This document shows positions 42,635-54,340 of a DNA stretch of 64,000 nt, in pieces. Position numbers and translations under genes: made by a program. Under the pieces are notes generated by a model. That model worked only from the letters and a program-made list of their open reading frames with translations. It had not been told where the DNA came from and ran no database searches. The DNA is taken from NCBI GenBank assembly GCA_045047115.1, contig JASFYR010000013.1, positions 32,666 to 96,665 on the forward strand. The letters run 5' to 3'. Origin of the DNA: Sulfurospirillum sp. GTDB lineage: Bacteria > Campylobacterota > Campylobacteria > Campylobacterales > Sulfurospirillaceae. Each line of letters opens with the position of its first letter. Positions within the stretch are counted from its first letter, which is position 1.

Positions 42635-43740
42635 ATAAAAAGATAAAAGTTTTGCATACCGAATGGTCAGATGGCTGGGGTGGTCAAGAGATAAGAATTA
42701 TCAATGAAATGTTGGCTCTTAGAGAAAAAGGTGTAGAAGTTTTTTTGGCTTGTAGGGATCATGCGAAGATAAAAGAAAAAGCTATTCAAAATAACATAAA
42801 AATTTTTACACTTCCTTTTAAAGGAAGCTTTGATATAAAAACTATATTGGCTCTTAAAAAAATTATCAAAAGACATAAGATAGATATCATCAACACTCAC
42901 AGTGGAAAAGACAGTTGGGTTGGAGGATTTGCTGCAAAATTATCTGGAATTAAATTTATACGAACAAGACATCTTTCAAATACTATAAACCCATCAAGAT
43001 TTAATTTTGTCAATGAAATGGCTGATTTTATATTTACAACTGGTGAAAGTGTCAGAAAAAGTATGATTGAACATAATCGCATAAACTCTACAAAAATTTT
43101 ATCTATTCCTACAGGTATAGATGAGACTGTTTTTGACCCAATAAAATTTGATAAATTTGAATGTAGAAAGATATTTGATATAAAAGATAATGAAATTGCT
43201 ATAGGAATAATTGCTGTATTAAGAAAATTTAAAAGGCATGATGTTTTCGTGAGCGTAGCAAAACAATTAATCAAAAAATATCCAGAGTTAAAATTAAAAT
43301 TTTTGATTGCTGGTGATGGACCTCAAAAAGATTTCATTAAAAACTTGATTAAAGAGCATAAACTAGAAAAAAAAATATTTATGCTTGGTCACATAAACAA
43401 CACTGCAGAATTTTTATCGGCCATAGATATATTTACCTTAACAAGTGATTCAAATGAGGGAGTACCACAATCAGTCATGCAAGCACTGCTCATGAATAAA
43501 CCAACCGTTGCTACCGATGCAGGAAGCACAAAAGATTTATTAGACGAAGATAGCTTTTCACTAATCAAACCTACTGAAAATATTGATATAATGCTCAATG
43601 AGCTATCAATACTGATATATCTCATAAAAAACAAAAAAATAGTTCCAAAAGATACAAGATCACACATAATCAAACAGTTTTCAAAAAATACGATGAGAGA
43701 TAAAATATACAATACTTACATAAAGTTACTAGAAAAATGA
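42631..43740 (+). CDS. GT4 glycosyltransferase
   Basis: GWGGQE, NTHS, KRHD and EGVPQSVMQA. Confidence 0.88.
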   Translation: MNKKIKVLHTEWSDGWGGQEIRIINEMLALREKGVEVFLACRDHAKIKEKAIQNNIKIFTLPFKGSFDIKTILALKKIIKRHKIDIINTHSGKDSWVGGFAAKLSGIKFIRTRHLSNTINPSRFNFVNEMADFIFTTGESVRKSMIEHNRINSTKILSIPTGIDETVFDPIKFDKFECRKIFDIKDNEIAIGIIAVLRKFKRHDVFVSVAKQLIKKYPELKLKFLIAGDGPQKDFIKNLIKEHKLEKKIFMLGHINNTAEFLSAIDIFTLTSDSNEGVPQSVMQALLMNKPTVATDAGSTKDLLDEDSFSLIKPTENIDIMLNELSILIYLIKNKKIVPKDTRSHIIKQFSKNTMRDKIYNTYIKLLEK

Positions 43741-44798
43741 AGATACTGTTAATCAAATATAGAAATATAGGGGATGTGCTACTTTGTACACCTTTGATAG
43801 AAAATCTAAAACTAAATTATCCAAACGCACAAATTGATTTTGCTTTAAATGATTATTGTATTGATATGATAACGAATAATCCAAATATCAGCAATATATT
43901 TCCCTATCACAGAAGCACACTTAAAAATCTATCAATTTTTAAAAGAATCAAGGAAGAATTAAAGTATTTTAAAAATATAAAGTCTATAAAATATGATATT
44001 GCTATAAATTTAACAAAAGGTGATAGAGGCAGCTTTTTAGCAATGTTTAGTGGTGCAAAAATAAAAATAGGATACAAAAGTGACAATTTATTATTAAAAT
44101 TATTTTCTCCATTTACTTATAGTTTTAATAATGAAACTAAGCATACTGTCGAAAAAGATCTTGATGCATTACTGCTATTAAATAAAAAAATCTTTAATAA
44201 GAAAGTATCTATTTATTACAACTTGTGTGATCAAAAAAAAATTGATGTTTTTTTAACAGAAAACAATATTAAAAAATTTGTTCATATTCATCCTGTTTCA
44301 AGATGGATGTTTAAGTGTTGGGAAGATGATAGGCTTGCTAAAATTATTGATTATATAACATACAATAAAAAATACTCTGTCATTTTGACAGCCTCTGATG
44401 ATATCAAGGAAAAAAACAAAATCAGAAAGATTATATCTTTATGTGAACACAAGCCTTATGATTTAAGCGGTCAATTAACTTTGAAAGAATTATCATATTT
44501 ATCTAAAAAAAGCTCAATATTTTTTGGAATAGACTCTGCACCTATGCATATTGCAGCTGCTGTAAATACACCTATAGTTGCATTAATGGGTGCAAGTAGA
44601 GCTGATATTTGGGGACCTTGGTGCAATGAAGCACAAAAAAACTATACCCAAAATGAAAAAATACAAAAAATTGGCAAAAACTCAATAATCACATCAACCG
44701 ACAATAAGATTTTTTATGAAAAAAACATTAAAAAAAGCAAAGGAATGGTAAAAATTAAATATCAAACAGTTAAAGAGTTGATTAATGAAAAAATATAA
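43737..44798 (+). CDS. GT9 heptosyltransferase (WaaQ/RfaQ-like)
   Basis: RNIGDVLL, HPVSRWMFKCW and DSAPMHIAAA. Confidence 0.85.
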   Translation: MKILLIKYRNIGDVLLCTPLIENLKLNYPNAQIDFALNDYCIDMITNNPNISNIFPYHRSTLKNLSIFKRIKEELKYFKNIKSIKYDIAINLTKGDRGSFLAMFSGAKIKIGYKSDNLLLKLFSPFTYSFNNETKHTVEKDLDALLLLNKKIFNKKVSIYYNLCDQKKIDVFLTENNIKKFVHIHPVSRWMFKCWEDDRLAKIIDYITYNKKYSVILTASDDIKEKNKIRKIISLCEHKPYDLSGQLTLKELSYLSKKSSIFFGIDSAPMHIAAAVNTPIVALMGASRADIWGPWCNEAQKNYTQNEKIQKIGKNSIITSTDNKIFYEKNIKKSKGMVKIKYQTVKELINEKI

Positions 44799-45903
44799 TA
44801 TATATTATTATCATCCACTAAACCTGTCTTTTAAGTCCGCTCAAACGATACAAGTTGTAAAAGACTATTTTTATCTTTCAAGGTTAGGATACAACATTAA
44901 GCTTTTTGGAAACTATGATGATATAAACGATATGAAAGAAATAGAAATATTTATAAAAAATTCTAATTTAAAAATATTTTATTCTAAAAAATCAAAATTT
45001 AATAAAATTTTAAATAAAATTACATTCTTATATAAGATTTTAAAAGATAAAAACCAAAAAATTATCATTACAAGACATTATAAAAAATTAAAAGAAATTA
45101 CATTTTTTTATTTTTTACTTAAAAAGGTAAATTTTTGTCACGAAATGCACGAAGAATCATTTGCATACTTTTTTTCAAAAAGCATAAATAAACAAAAAAT
45201 AAAAAGTCTTTTTAAAAAGGTAAATTTTTTTATTTTTACAAATCAATCTCAGCTTGAATTTTATAAAAAAGAATTTCAAAATATTCCGAAAAATTTTGTT
45301 ATACTTTACAATGGAGTTGAAATAGAAAAATTCACTAATGCTAGATTTGAGAAAAATTTTAAAATAACATATCTAGGACAATTCAATGTGTGGAAAAATG
45401 TTGAACTTATTTTTAAAAGCCTATGTTTGCTTGATAAAAAATACACCTTGAGAATTGCGGGTGGTAAAGATGATAAACAGAGCTATGAATACATAAATGG
45501 TTTGATTGAAAAATATAATATTGACAAAAAAAGAATAAATTATTTAGGATATGTAAAAAATGCAGAAGTTGTAAAAAAAGTTCTAGATAATTCGAATGTC
45601 CTATTGCTTCCACTAGGAAACAATATACAGTCCAAGTATTTAACTTCTCCTATGAAATTATTTGAATATATGGCTACAAATATCCCTGTTGTATCTATAA
45701 AATATCCTTCCATAACAAGCATTATAAAAAATAATGAAATATATCTATCAGATGACAATGCCAACTCATTTGCACAAAATATAGAAAAAGCCTCTATATA
45801 TGATAATAAAAAAATTAAATTAATGAATATATTGTCTGAAAATTTTAGTTATAAAAAAAGAAGCGAGAAATTTGATAAATATCTGCAAAAGGAATTATTA
45901 TAA
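44785..45903 (+). CDS. GT4 glycosyltransferase
   Basis: HEMHE, NGVE and [10 protein letters not shown]. Confidence 0.85.
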   Translation: MKKYNIYYYHPLNLSFKSAQTIQVVKDYFYLSRLGYNIKLFGNYDDINDMKEIEIFIKNSNLKIFYSKKSKFNKILNKITFLYKILKDKNQKIIITRHYKKLKEITFFYFLLKKVNFCHEMHEESFAYFFSKSINKQKIKSLFKKVNFFIFTNQSQLEFYKKEFQNIPKNFVILYNGVEIEKFTNARFEKNFKITYLGQFNVWKNVELIFKSLCLLDKKYTLRIAGGKDDKQSYEYINGLIEKYNIDKKRINYLGYVKNAEVVKKVLDNSNVLLLPLGNNIQSKYLTSPMKLFEYMATNIPVVSIKYPSITSIIKNNEIYLSDDNANSFAQNIEKASIYDNKKIKLMNILSENFSYKKRSEKFDKYLQKELL

Positions 45904-46457
45904 AAATTCTTAAAAAACTCATCATATATTTAAAATATAGAAATAAAATATTTAAATTTATAGGAGAGAATGTTGATTATAGACAAATGCACTCCAAATA
46001 CTTATTTACAGAAAATATAATATTAAGAAAGAATTCAAAAATACTTGATTATGTGTATTTTGATGGAGCTGGAGGTATTGAAATAGGAGAATGCACCATT
46101 ATCGCACCTAAATGCACAATAATAACTTCTAACCATCAATATGATGAAAATAAGATTGATATGCTTCCATTTAATAATACATTGATAGCCAAAAAAGTAA
46201 CCATACATAAATATTGCTGGATTGGTAGAGATGTTATGATAATGCCTGGAGTCACAATAGGAAAAGCCTGTATAGTTGCAGCTGGCAGTGTCGTAACAAA
46301 AAATGTAGAGGCTTATAGTATAGTAGGCGGCAATCCTGCAAAGCTGATAAAATATAGAAATAAAAATAAAACGGAAGAATTACTTAGGCATAATAAATGT
46401 CATAATGACATCAAAATTAATGCGAAGCTAAAAAAGCACTTTATAAAAAACAATTAA
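45900..46457 (+). CDS. Hexapeptide-repeat O-acyltransferase (probable ATA start at 45900; first ATG at 45987)
   Basis: TSNH and WIG...PGVTIG...AAGSVVTK...GGNPAK; open frame extends 29 codons upstream of the ATG to an ATA after an AAGGA SD. Confidence 0.85.
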   Translation: MKILKKLIIYLKYRNKIFKFIGENVDYRQMHSKYLFTENIILRKNSKILDYVYFDGAGGIEIGECTIIAPKCTIITSNHQYDENKIDMLPFNNTLIAKKVTIHKYCWIGRDVMIMPGVTIGKACIVAAGSVVTKNVEAYSIVGGNPAKLIKYRNKNKTEELLRHNKCHNDIKINAKLKKHFIKNN

Positions 46458-46504
46458 TCTATAAGTTAAAAATGACAATTAGATACAATTATTTATTGAT
46501 TTTT

Positions 46505-46513
46505 TGTTATAAT
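46505..46513 (+). promoter_or_regulatory. Internal extended -10 promoter before the O-antigen ligase gene
   Basis: TGTTATAAT, then AAAGG SD and ATG at 46543. Confidence 0.55.
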
Positions 46514-46542
46514 TTAGTTGCAAGATACTTTAAAGGTACCAA

Positions 46543-47721
46543 ATGACGAAAATCGAAAAACTTATGCACTATCTTCTTTTGATATTAGCTTTTACATTAC
46601 CATTATCTGAATCTATAAAAACCATATCACTTGTGCTTTTTATATTAGTAGGTTTTTATGCTACATATAAGAAAGAGATTGTACCCGAGCTTGATTTTTT
46701 AAATATTGTCACCTTACTAATTCCATTTGTTATTCTAATAGGTAGCTATTTTGCAGTCGATGTTAAAAACAGTATTGAAGGTTCAAATACCGTAGTAACT
46801 ATGTCTATAATGTTTATTTATGTTAGAGAAATGCATTGGAGCCATAAAAAAATAAAAAATCTTCTAACAACACTTTTTGCCGGTTTTGTAGTAACTTTAA
46901 TTTGGGGGTATTATGATCTAATCATACAACATAAAAGATTTTTAGAACTACATTCAGTAGGGGAAGTTAATCATTCATCAATATATATGCTTTTAATTTT
47001 TATTCTATCTTTGGTATATTTAGCTATTGAATATAAAAAATTATCTTTTTATAACACTACTTTTATATCAATTACTTGCTTGTCATCAATAATATCTGTT
47101 TTTGTGACAGGAAGCCGTGCAACCATGTATTCATCCCTTGGAATAATTTTAATATTTGGCATATACAGTATGTTTAAGTTGGATAAAAAAATATTAGTCT
47201 TACTTAGCTTTATCTTAATATTGATAGGGCTTTTATTTTTTTTAAATATTGATTCAAGAATGATACAAAAGTTTGAAAAAGGAATTTTTAATAATATGCC
47301 AAGGGTAAATTTAGCTATAAGTTTTTTTAATGTTTGGCTTGGCAACAATATACCTTTTGGTATTGGCATAGACAATTCAAATTTAATACATTTAAAAGAA
47401 TATTATATTAATTCAATTTTTTTACATATGGGTCATGCACACGATACATATATAACATACCTAGTTGAAAGAGGATTGGTTGGCCTTTTCCTGTATTTAG
47501 CATTTATTCTATATCTATTAGTCACACTAATAAAAAAACTAAAAAAAGACCAATACAATGTAATAATAATAGCTTCTATCTTAATTTGGATAGTAAATTT
47601 TATTATATCTTTTGCAAACACAACATTTCACCATGAAAATGCAATCCTTATGCTATTGATTTGGGCCATTGCTACTAATTTACCATATGATGAAAAAAAT
47701 ACACTTAATTCGAGCCAATAA
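46543..47721 (+). CDS. waaL: O-antigen ligase family protein
   Basis: About 12 TM helices; TGSRA, R...GIG and HAHDTY...ERGLVG motifs. Confidence 0.8.
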   Translation: MTKIEKLMHYLLLILAFTLPLSESIKTISLVLFILVGFYATYKKEIVPELDFLNIVTLLIPFVILIGSYFAVDVKNSIEGSNTVVTMSIMFIYVREMHWSHKKIKNLLTTLFAGFVVTLIWGYYDLIIQHKRFLELHSVGEVNHSSIYMLLIFILSLVYLAIEYKKLSFYNTTFISITCLSSIISVFVTGSRATMYSSLGIILIFGIYSMFKLDKKILVLLSFILILIGLLFFLNIDSRMIQKFEKGIFNNMPRVNLAISFFNVWLGNNIPFGIGIDNSNLIHLKEYYINSIFLHMGHAHDTYITYLVERGLVGLFLYLAFILYLLVTLIKKLKKDQYNVIIIASILIWIVNFIISFANTTFHHENAILMLLIWAIATNLPYDEKNTLNSSQ

Positions 47722-48700
47722 AACCAAATTTGGTGGGGCGGAAAACTACCTAACAAGGCTCTATAATGAACTATATAAGCAAAATATAGATGTATCAATT
47801 ACAAACACACTATTTCCAAAATTCTTACCGTCTTGGCTTAGAGTTATATTGTTTAATATTCAAGTTTGCTTATCCAAAAAAAATAAATTTTACTTCTCAC
47901 TTGATAGGATAACTTGTGCAGATATTTACAGAGCAGGCGATGGGGTGCACAAGGAGTTTTTAAAAACAAAGAAAAGAAAACTAAATCCACTTAATTTGGT
48001 TTATCTTTATCTTGAAAAAAGATGTTTTCAAAACAGTAAAAAAATTATAGCTAATTCTAAAATGATAAAAAAACAAATCATAAAATCTTATAATATTTCG
48101 CCAGACAAGATCAAGGTTGTCTATAATGGAATAGAGATAAAGCCGATGCAACCTTTTAATGATATAAAAAAAGAGTTTTCTTTAAAAGACAAAAAGATTA
48201 TACTTTATGTTGGAAGTGGTTTTAAGAGAAAAGGAGTTAAAGAAGCTTTATACATAGTATCAAAGCTTAAAAGTGATATTACTTTTATCATAATCGGTAA
48301 AGAAAAAAAGATGAATTATTATAAAAATTTAGCAAGCTCTTTACAAATTGATGCTATTTTTACAGGTGCAAGAGAGGATGTTGATAAGTTTTATTCTATG
48401 TCAGATATATTTTTATTTCCAACACATTATGAACCTTTTTCAAATGTTGTTTTGGAAGCTATGAGTTTTAAAAATGTAGTTTTTACAACCAAACAAAATG
48501 GAGCAAACGAAATTTTATATAATGAATATATAATGAATAATCCTAAGGACTATAAAATCACAAGCAAGATAGATGAGCTTTTACAAAATAACGAAAAACT
48601 AAAACAAAATAAAGAAAAAAACTACCAAATAGTACAAAACTTCACTATAGAAAAAAATGCAAAAGAGACTTTAGAGGTTATAGATGAATATCTTCATTGA
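47690..48700 (+). CDS. GT4 glycosyltransferase (WaaG/RfaG-like)
   Basis: FGGAE, YRAGDGVH, GSGFKRKG and YEPFSNVVLEAM. Confidence 0.87.
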   Translation: MKKIHLIRANKTKFGGAENYLTRLYNELYKQNIDVSITNTLFPKFLPSWLRVILFNIQVCLSKKNKFYFSLDRITCADIYRAGDGVHKEFLKTKKRKLNPLNLVYLYLEKRCFQNSKKIIANSKMIKKQIIKSYNISPDKIKVVYNGIEIKPMQPFNDIKKEFSLKDKKIILYVGSGFKRKGVKEALYIVSKLKSDITFIIIGKEKKMNYYKNLASSLQIDAIFTGAREDVDKFYSMSDIFLFPTHYEPFSNVVLEAMSFKNVVFTTKQNGANEILYNEYIMNNPKDYKITSKIDELLQNNEKLKQNKEKNYQIVQNFTIEKNAKETLEVIDEYLH

Positions 48701-49598
48701 ACTTCCTACTTGGTTAGGAGATACTATAATGGCTACACCTGCTATCGAGGCTCTTTTGGAAAAATACCCTGATGCCAATCTTACATTTTTTGGCTCATAT
48801 GTTTCATTACAAGCTTTAAAGAAACATCCAAATTGTGAAAATATTGTAATAGATAAGAGTAAAAAAGCCACTTCAAGACTACTTTGGCTCTATAATCAAG
48901 CTAAAAGATTTGATAGATTTGATATGGCTATCAGCTTCAGAAGCTCATTTGCCTCAAAGCTTTTTTTGTGGTTTTTAGATGCAAAAACAAAGATACAATA
49001 TAACAAAGATACATTTAGTGGGCATCAAGTACAAAAGTATGCAAAAGCTCTACATGTAGAGCCACAAGATTTGAAACTTTACCAAAGCCCATTTGTTTAT
49101 AATCGTCCAACTTTAGGCATAAACCCGGGTGCAACTTACGGAAGCGCAAAGAGATGGTATCCAAAAGAGTTTGCAAAGGTGGCAAATCATTTTTCTAAAA
49201 CTTACGATATAGTTATATTCGGTGGACCAAATGAAATAGACATTGCAAAAGAAGTTGAAGATTTGATTGAAACAAATACAACAAACTTAGCAGGAAAAAC
49301 TGACATAACTAAGCTTATAAAAAAGATTGCCGGGCTTAGTCTTTTTATAACCAATGACAGCGGTCCTATGCATATAGCAGCAGCTTACAAAGTGCCAACA
49401 GTTGCGATTTTTGGACCTACAAAATATGATGAAACAAGCCAATGGCACAATCCAAATAGCTACATCTTAAGTCATGATTTAGAGTGTGCGCCTTGTATGA
49501 AACGAACTTGCCCACTAAAGACACATGCTTGCATGAAAGAGATAAAAGCAAACGAAGTTATCAATCTTCTAGAGCATCATCTATCGCTTGGCAAATAA
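48684..49598 (+). CDS. waaF: LPS heptosyltransferase II
   Basis: [25 protein letters not shown] and CAPC...C...C. Confidence 0.93.
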   Translation: MNIFIELPTWLGDTIMATPAIEALLEKYPDANLTFFGSYVSLQALKKHPNCENIVIDKSKKATSRLLWLYNQAKRFDRFDMAISFRSSFASKLFLWFLDAKTKIQYNKDTFSGHQVQKYAKALHVEPQDLKLYQSPFVYNRPTLGINPGATYGSAKRWYPKEFAKVANHFSKTYDIVIFGGPNEIDIAKEVEDLIETNTTNLAGKTDITKLIKKIAGLSLFITNDSGPMHIAAAYKVPTVAIFGPTKYDETSQWHNPNSYILSHDLECAPCMKRTCPLKTHACMKEIKANEVINLLEHHLSLGK

Positions 49599-50130
49599 TA
49601 TGCCCTATCATGATGTGCATCTCCTGAATTCTTGGGGTATCATCGCTTGGGACTACTATATTGACATCACAAAAATCATGCATAGCCCCACCATCTTTTC
49701 CGCTTAAACCTATGGTTTTACAACCTATATTTCGTCCTAGACTAAGGGCTCTTAAAACATTTTTACTATTTCCGCTTGTAGAGATTCCTATAAGCAAATC
49801 ACCCTCTCTTGCGAGTGCCTCCACTTGTCTGTCAAAAACTCTATCATATCCGTAATCATTTCCAACCGCAGTCAAAACTGAAGTATCTGTAGTGAGTGCG
49901 ATTCCCGGCAAACCTCTTCGCTCAATTTTATATCTACCACTCAGTTCTGCAGCTATATGCTGGGCATCTGCAGCACTTCCTCCATTGCCAAAAAGCAAAA
50001 TCTTTCCGCCATTGTTTATAGTCTCGCTTGCCACTATACATGCTGTATATATATGGTTTTGCAACTCCTCTATCGTTTTTTCTATCGTTTCTTTATGAGA
50101 TTCCATCTCACCTTGCACCATTTGCATCAT
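49561..50130 (-). CDS. gmhA: Phosphoheptose isomerase
   Basis: [22 protein letters not shown] and RIQEMH. Confidence 0.96.
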   Translation of the reverse strand: MMQMVQGEMESHKETIEKTIEELQNHIYTACIVASETINNGGKILLFGNGGSAADAQHIAAELSGRYKIERRGLPGIALTTDTSVLTAVGNDYGYDRVFDRQVEALAREGDLLIGISTSGNSKNVLRALSLGRNIGCKTIGLSGKDGGAMHDFCDVNIVVPSDDTPRIQEMHIMIGHIICQAIDDALED

Positions 50131-51542
50131 TTCGCTATCCTGTTTATTATGCCTGTTGTACTTTTACCATCTACAAAATCAACCAATCTAACCTCTTTGG
50201 CTATATCACTCCCGACTACCTTTTTACCCTTATAGTCTCCGCCTTTTACCAAAACATCAGGTTTGATAGACTTTATCAACTCATATGGCGTGTCTTCTTT
50301 AAACTCCACAACCAAACTCACAGACTCCAATGCACTTAAAACATAAGCCCTGTCATCGCTGGAGTTTATAGGTCTGTTTTCACCCTTAAGTCTTTTGACA
50401 GAATCATCAGAGTTTAGCCCAACTATTAACATATCACCAAAGCTTTTAGCAACTTCGAGATACTTCACATGTCCAACATGCAAGATATCAAAGCATCCAT
50501 TTGTAAAGACTATCTTTTTATCTTTAAAAACTTCAAGTAGTGTTTTCAACTCCTCTTTAGTTTTTATCTTGCTACTCGCTTTTGCACTTCTTAAACTCTG
50601 TTCATACATATCTATTTCATCCAGATTAACAGTTGCGCTGCCTAATTTTCCAACTACCACAGCAGCCGCACTTGTAGCAAATAGGGCAGAATTTTTTATA
50701 TCTAATCCGCAAGAAAGAGCATATCCAAAAGAAGCCAAAACAGTATCACCTGCTCCTGTTACATCAAAAACTTCTTTCGCAACTGTCGGTATCTTCAAAA
50801 CTTCATCACCAAAAATAGCCATACCATCTTCACTCAAAGTGATAACAGCATAATCCAAGTCCAAGCTCTCTTTGAGCAATTTTCCGGCCTCCAGCAGTCT
50901 TTTTTCATCTTTTATATCTATTTTTGTAGCGATACCGGCCTCTTTTTTATTTGGTGTTATAAGGGTTGAGCCTCTGTATTTGCTATAATCATCACCTTTT
51001 GGATCTACTAAAACAAATTTATCGTGTCTCTTTGACTCTTTTATCAATCTTTTAGTGATGTTCTTAGTAAGTACCCCCTTGCCGTAGTCAGATAGAAGAA
51101 TCGCATCAAAAAAGGCAACAATCTTTTTAAATCTCTCATAAAGCTCTTGTTCACTTTTGGGGCTAATATCATTTTTAGATTCTCTGTCGTATCTGATAAT
51201 TTGTTGGTGAGTTGCTATAACTCTACTCTTTTTGCTGGTAAACCTATCTTTTTGTGTTATAAGGTTTTGTGTATTTGCTCCGGTATCTTTAAGCATATCA
51301 AAAAGTTCTTCACCATTTTTATCTTCCCCGATTACACTCAAAACAGCAACATCAGCACCCATGGCCACAAGATTGTTTATAACATTGCCTGCACCTCCAA
51401 GCACTGTCGTCTCTTTTTTTATATCTACAACTTGCACAGGAGCTTCAGGAGAAATTCTTTCACAACTTCCCCATAGGTAATGGTCAAGCATTAAATCGCC
51501 AACAACTAAAATCTTTGGTTTATATCCCCTTAGTCTATCCAT
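50127..51542 (-). CDS. hldE: Bifunctional heptose kinase/adenylyltransferase
   Basis: [16 protein letters not shown] and [13 protein letters not shown]. Confidence 0.96.
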   Translation of the reverse strand: MDRLRGYKPKILVVGDLMLDHYLWGSCERISPEAPVQVVDIKKETTVLGGAGNVINNLVAMGADVAVLSVIGEDKNGEELFDMLKDTGANTQNLITQKDRFTSKKSRVIATHQQIIRYDRESKNDISPKSEQELYERFKKIVAFFDAILLSDYGKGVLTKNITKRLIKESKRHDKFVLVDPKGDDYSKYRGSTLITPNKKEAGIATKIDIKDEKRLLEAGKLLKESLDLDYAVITLSEDGMAIFGDEVLKIPTVAKEVFDVTGAGDTVLASFGYALSCGLDIKNSALFATSAAAVVVGKLGSATVNLDEIDMYEQSLRSAKASSKIKTKEELKTLLEVFKDKKIVFTNGCFDILHVGHVKYLEVAKSFGDMLIVGLNSDDSVKRLKGENRPINSSDDRAYVLSALESVSLVVEFKEDTPYELIKSIKPDVLVKGGDYKGKKVVGSDIAKEVRLVDFVDGKSTTGIINRIAK

Positions 51543-52524
51543 TTATCCTCTTTATCTCATCAATATATGATTTTATACCCTCTTCTAGTGAAAATATTGG
51601 TTTATATCCCAAAAATTCTTCGCTCAAACTTATATCTGCTTCAGTAAAAAACTGGTACTGTCCGATAAAAGGATTTGGTATATACTCATCATCTCTTTTG
51701 ATATTCAATTCATTTTTCAAAATATCTACTATATCTTGAAAACTTCTTGCCCTTCCTGTTCCTACATTATAAACACCACTTTTTTTAGGCTTGCATGCTT
51801 TGATATTGGCCTGAATTACATCTTCTATATATAAAAAATCCCGTTTTATCTTATCGCTTCCTTCAAAAAGTTTTGCTCTCTCACCTCTTAGAAGCTGAAG
51901 TCCAAACTGAAGCACCATGGATGCCGTCTTGTTCTTGAAAAACTCTCTTTGCCCATAAACGTTAAAATACCTCAAACCAACAATTGAGATGTTTGAATTT
52001 TTTATATATATTTTGGCTATATTGTCCATCATAAGTTTGCTAAAGCCATATACATTATTTGGGTTTTCAAAACCTATACTAAATCTATCACTATTGCCAT
52101 AAGTAGCTGCACTCGAAGCATAAATCACATTTGCGCTCATCTCTTTTGCCATATCTAACAAATTTTTAAAAGCATTCACATTAGTATCCATCATAATTTT
52201 TTGGTCAAGCACAGTAGTGTCGCTGATAGCTGCTTCATGAAAGATAAAATCAAATTTATACTCTTTTAATTTTGCAAAATCATCTTTGCTGTTTAGATCT
52301 CCACTAATTACGATACCTTTAAAGCCAAGCAAATTCTTAAAATGTCCAAAACTTTTAAGATTTCCATTGTCAAAAGTCTCTTCACTTCTAAATTTATCAA
52401 AAATTATAACTCTGCAGTTAGGATAGTTCTCTTGAAAATAAAAAGCCAAATTGCTTCCTATAAAACCTGCTCCACCTGTAATCAAAACTGTTTTATCATT
52501 AAAATCTACATCACTATATATCAT
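51535..52524 (-). CDS. hldD: ADP-L-glycero-D-manno-heptose 6-epimerase
   Basis: TGGAGFIGSN, YASSAATYG, YGFSK and RYFNVYG. Confidence 0.94.
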   Translation of the reverse strand: MIYSDVDFNDKTVLITGGAGFIGSNLAFYFQENYPNCRVIIFDKFRSEETFDNGNLKSFGHFKNLLGFKGIVISGDLNSKDDFAKLKEYKFDFIFHEAAISDTTVLDQKIMMDTNVNAFKNLLDMAKEMSANVIYASSAATYGNSDRFSIGFENPNNVYGFSKLMMDNIAKIYIKNSNISIVGLRYFNVYGQREFFKNKTASMVLQFGLQLLRGERAKLFEGSDKIKRDFLYIEDVIQANIKACKPKKSGVYNVGTGRARSFQDIVDILKNELNIKRDDEYIPNPFIGQYQFFTEADISLSEEFLGYKPIFSLEEGIKSYIDEIKRING

Positions 52525-52533
52525 TAAACATTC

Positions 52534-53043
52534 CTAATTTTTTATGATCTTTATTGTATCTAAAATTGATTTAACACTATATTTAGCTTCCTTGCTAATA
52601 TAATCATTTATAAAGATTGTGTTTGATATACCCGCCTTTATACCAGCTTTTATATCGCTTGGTTTATCTCCTATCATCCAAGAGTTTTTTGGCTCAATTT
52701 CAAACTCTTTTATAGCTTTATTTATCATATATGGCTTTGGCTTCCTACAGATACAATTATCATTTGGAATATGAGGGCAATGATAGACTTTTTGGATATT
52801 TATGCCTTGTTTTAAGAACTCCTTCTGCATCCAAACAGTAAGCTCTTCAAACTGTTCTTTTGTATAATATCCTCTGCCTATGCCCGATTGGTTTGTAACG
52901 ATAAAAAGAAGATATCCTAAGCTTTGCAAATATCTCAAAGTATCAAATACACCGTCACAAAATTCAAAATCTTTAATTTTGTATAGATAAGCTTTATCCA
53001 GATTTATAACTCCATCACGATCAAGAAATATTGCTTTATTCAT
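52534..53043 (-). CDS. gmhB: Heptose 1,7-bisphosphate phosphatase
   Basis: [21 protein letters not shown]...CICRKP and MIGDK. Confidence 0.95.
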   Translation of the reverse strand: MNKAIFLDRDGVINLDKAYLYKIKDFEFCDGVFDTLRYLQSLGYLLFIVTNQSGIGRGYYTKEQFEELTVWMQKEFLKQGINIQKVYHCPHIPNDNCICRKPKPYMINKAIKEFEIEPKNSWMIGDKPSDIKAGIKAGISNTIFINDYISKEAKYSVKSILDTIKIIKN

Positions 53044-53089
53044 ATTGCTTTCTCTTTGTGATATAAGAATACACTATAAATTCCAACAA

Positions 53090-53788
53090 TCATCTCTCCA
53101 TAAGTAATTTGTTTAAAAATTTATTATACTCTTTTTGTTTAAATCTATCTTTTGTTTTTATCAAAATTTTATATGCTTTTTTAAAATATTTTTTGGAATT
53201 TTCTAAATCATTAAAATCATTTTTTAAAATATTTCCCATGTAATAGTTTGCATAGAAACTTTTTGGATCGGTTTTTAAAGCCTCTTTAATTTGGTCAATA
53301 GAATTGTAGATTTGACCAATATTTTTATATGCTATTGAAAGTTTCAGCCTAATTTTAAGCTGTTTTGGATTTATTTTAAGGCTTTTCCTGTATGTCACTA
53401 TCGCTTCGCTCATAATGCCCAAATCGAAATAACCATCAGCTAGCCTATTCCAATAAAAGCACTTGTGCGTCAATTTTGCTTTGTGCTTTAACTCTGTTAC
53501 ATGTAGAGCAAAAGGTAAAATTTTTGCTATTTCACTGTTTTTTACTATATTCGGATCGATACTGTATGACTCTGTCAAGATTTCAAATCCCTTACTCATC
53601 TTTCCATTTTTTAGATATATGTTTGCAAGTTGAAGCAGGCATTGGACATTTTGAGGCTCTTTATTTAAAATTTTCTCTATCTTTGTCTTTGCCAAAACCG
53701 CGTCAAACCTGTGAACTACGCAAATTGCATAATTTGAAGAGTATAGCAAAACGGGAATAAAAAACCATATATATCTTGTTATACTCAA
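53090..53788 (-). CDS. TPR-repeat protein, probably exported
   Basis: N-terminal hydrophobic segment and several TPR units. Confidence 0.75.
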   Translation of the reverse strand: MSITRYIWFFIPVLLYSSNYAICVVHRFDAVLAKTKIEKILNKEPQNVQCLLQLANIYLKNGKMSKGFEILTESYSIDPNIVKNSEIAKILPFALHVTELKHKAKLTHKCFYWNRLADGYFDLGIMSEAIVTYRKSLKINPKQLKIRLKLSIAYKNIGQIYNSIDQIKEALKTDPKSFYANYYMGNILKNDFNDLENSKKYFKKAYKILIKTKDRFKQKEYNKFLNKLLMER

Positions 53789-53961
53789 TTTTATACCTCA
53801 TATTTAAATCTTTTGTATTTATACGATATTATCAAAAGATTATTAAAAATAAACAATTATTTTTAAATGGGTATTAATTATAAGTAATTTTAAAGACTCA
53901 CAAGAAATTTTAAAGTAAATTGTGTTAAAATGACGACCAATTTAATCTAAAAGGAATAAAA

Positions 53962-54249
53962 ATGAAAAAAATCGTTTTAACTTCAATAGTAGCTTTGGCT
54001 GCAAGTACTGCTCTTATGGCCGCTGTAAACCCTGCTGGCTGTAAAGGATGTCATGGACAAAAATTTGAGAAAAAAGCTCTTGGCAAATCTGCAATTGTAG
54101 CTAACATGACTCATGATGAGATAGCAACTGCACTAAAAGGATACAAAGCCGGTACATTTGGTGGTAGCATGAAAGGCATCATGAAAGGCCAAGTTGCAAA
54201 ATACTCTGACGCTGATTTGGAAGCATTTTCAAAAACTATAGGTAAATAA
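53962..54249 (+). CDS. Cytochrome c553
   Basis: Signal peptide, CKGCH and distal Met in MKGIMKGQV. Confidence 0.93.
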   Translation: MKKIVLTSIVALAASTALMAAVNPAGCKGCHGQKFEKKALGKSAIVANMTHDEIATALKGYKAGTFGGSMKGIMKGQVAKYSDADLEAFSKTIGK

Positions 54250-54255
54250 ACAAAC

Positions 54256-54278
54256 AGGGTGGCACTCCACCCTTCTTC
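54256..54278 (+). terminator. Intrinsic terminator after cytochrome c553
   Basis: AGGGTGG-CACT-CCACCCT followed by TCTTC. Confidence 0.7.
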
Positions 54279-54340
54279 ATAAAAGATACTTTAAGCCTTA
54301 TTTTGTATAATATGTCCCTAATCCAAAAAGGGGCAGGACT

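Noticed and set aside
53820..53885. Possible Fur box upstream of cytochrome c553 (GATATTATC...)
   Set aside because: Only a partial match within very AT-rich DNA; not distinguishable from background.
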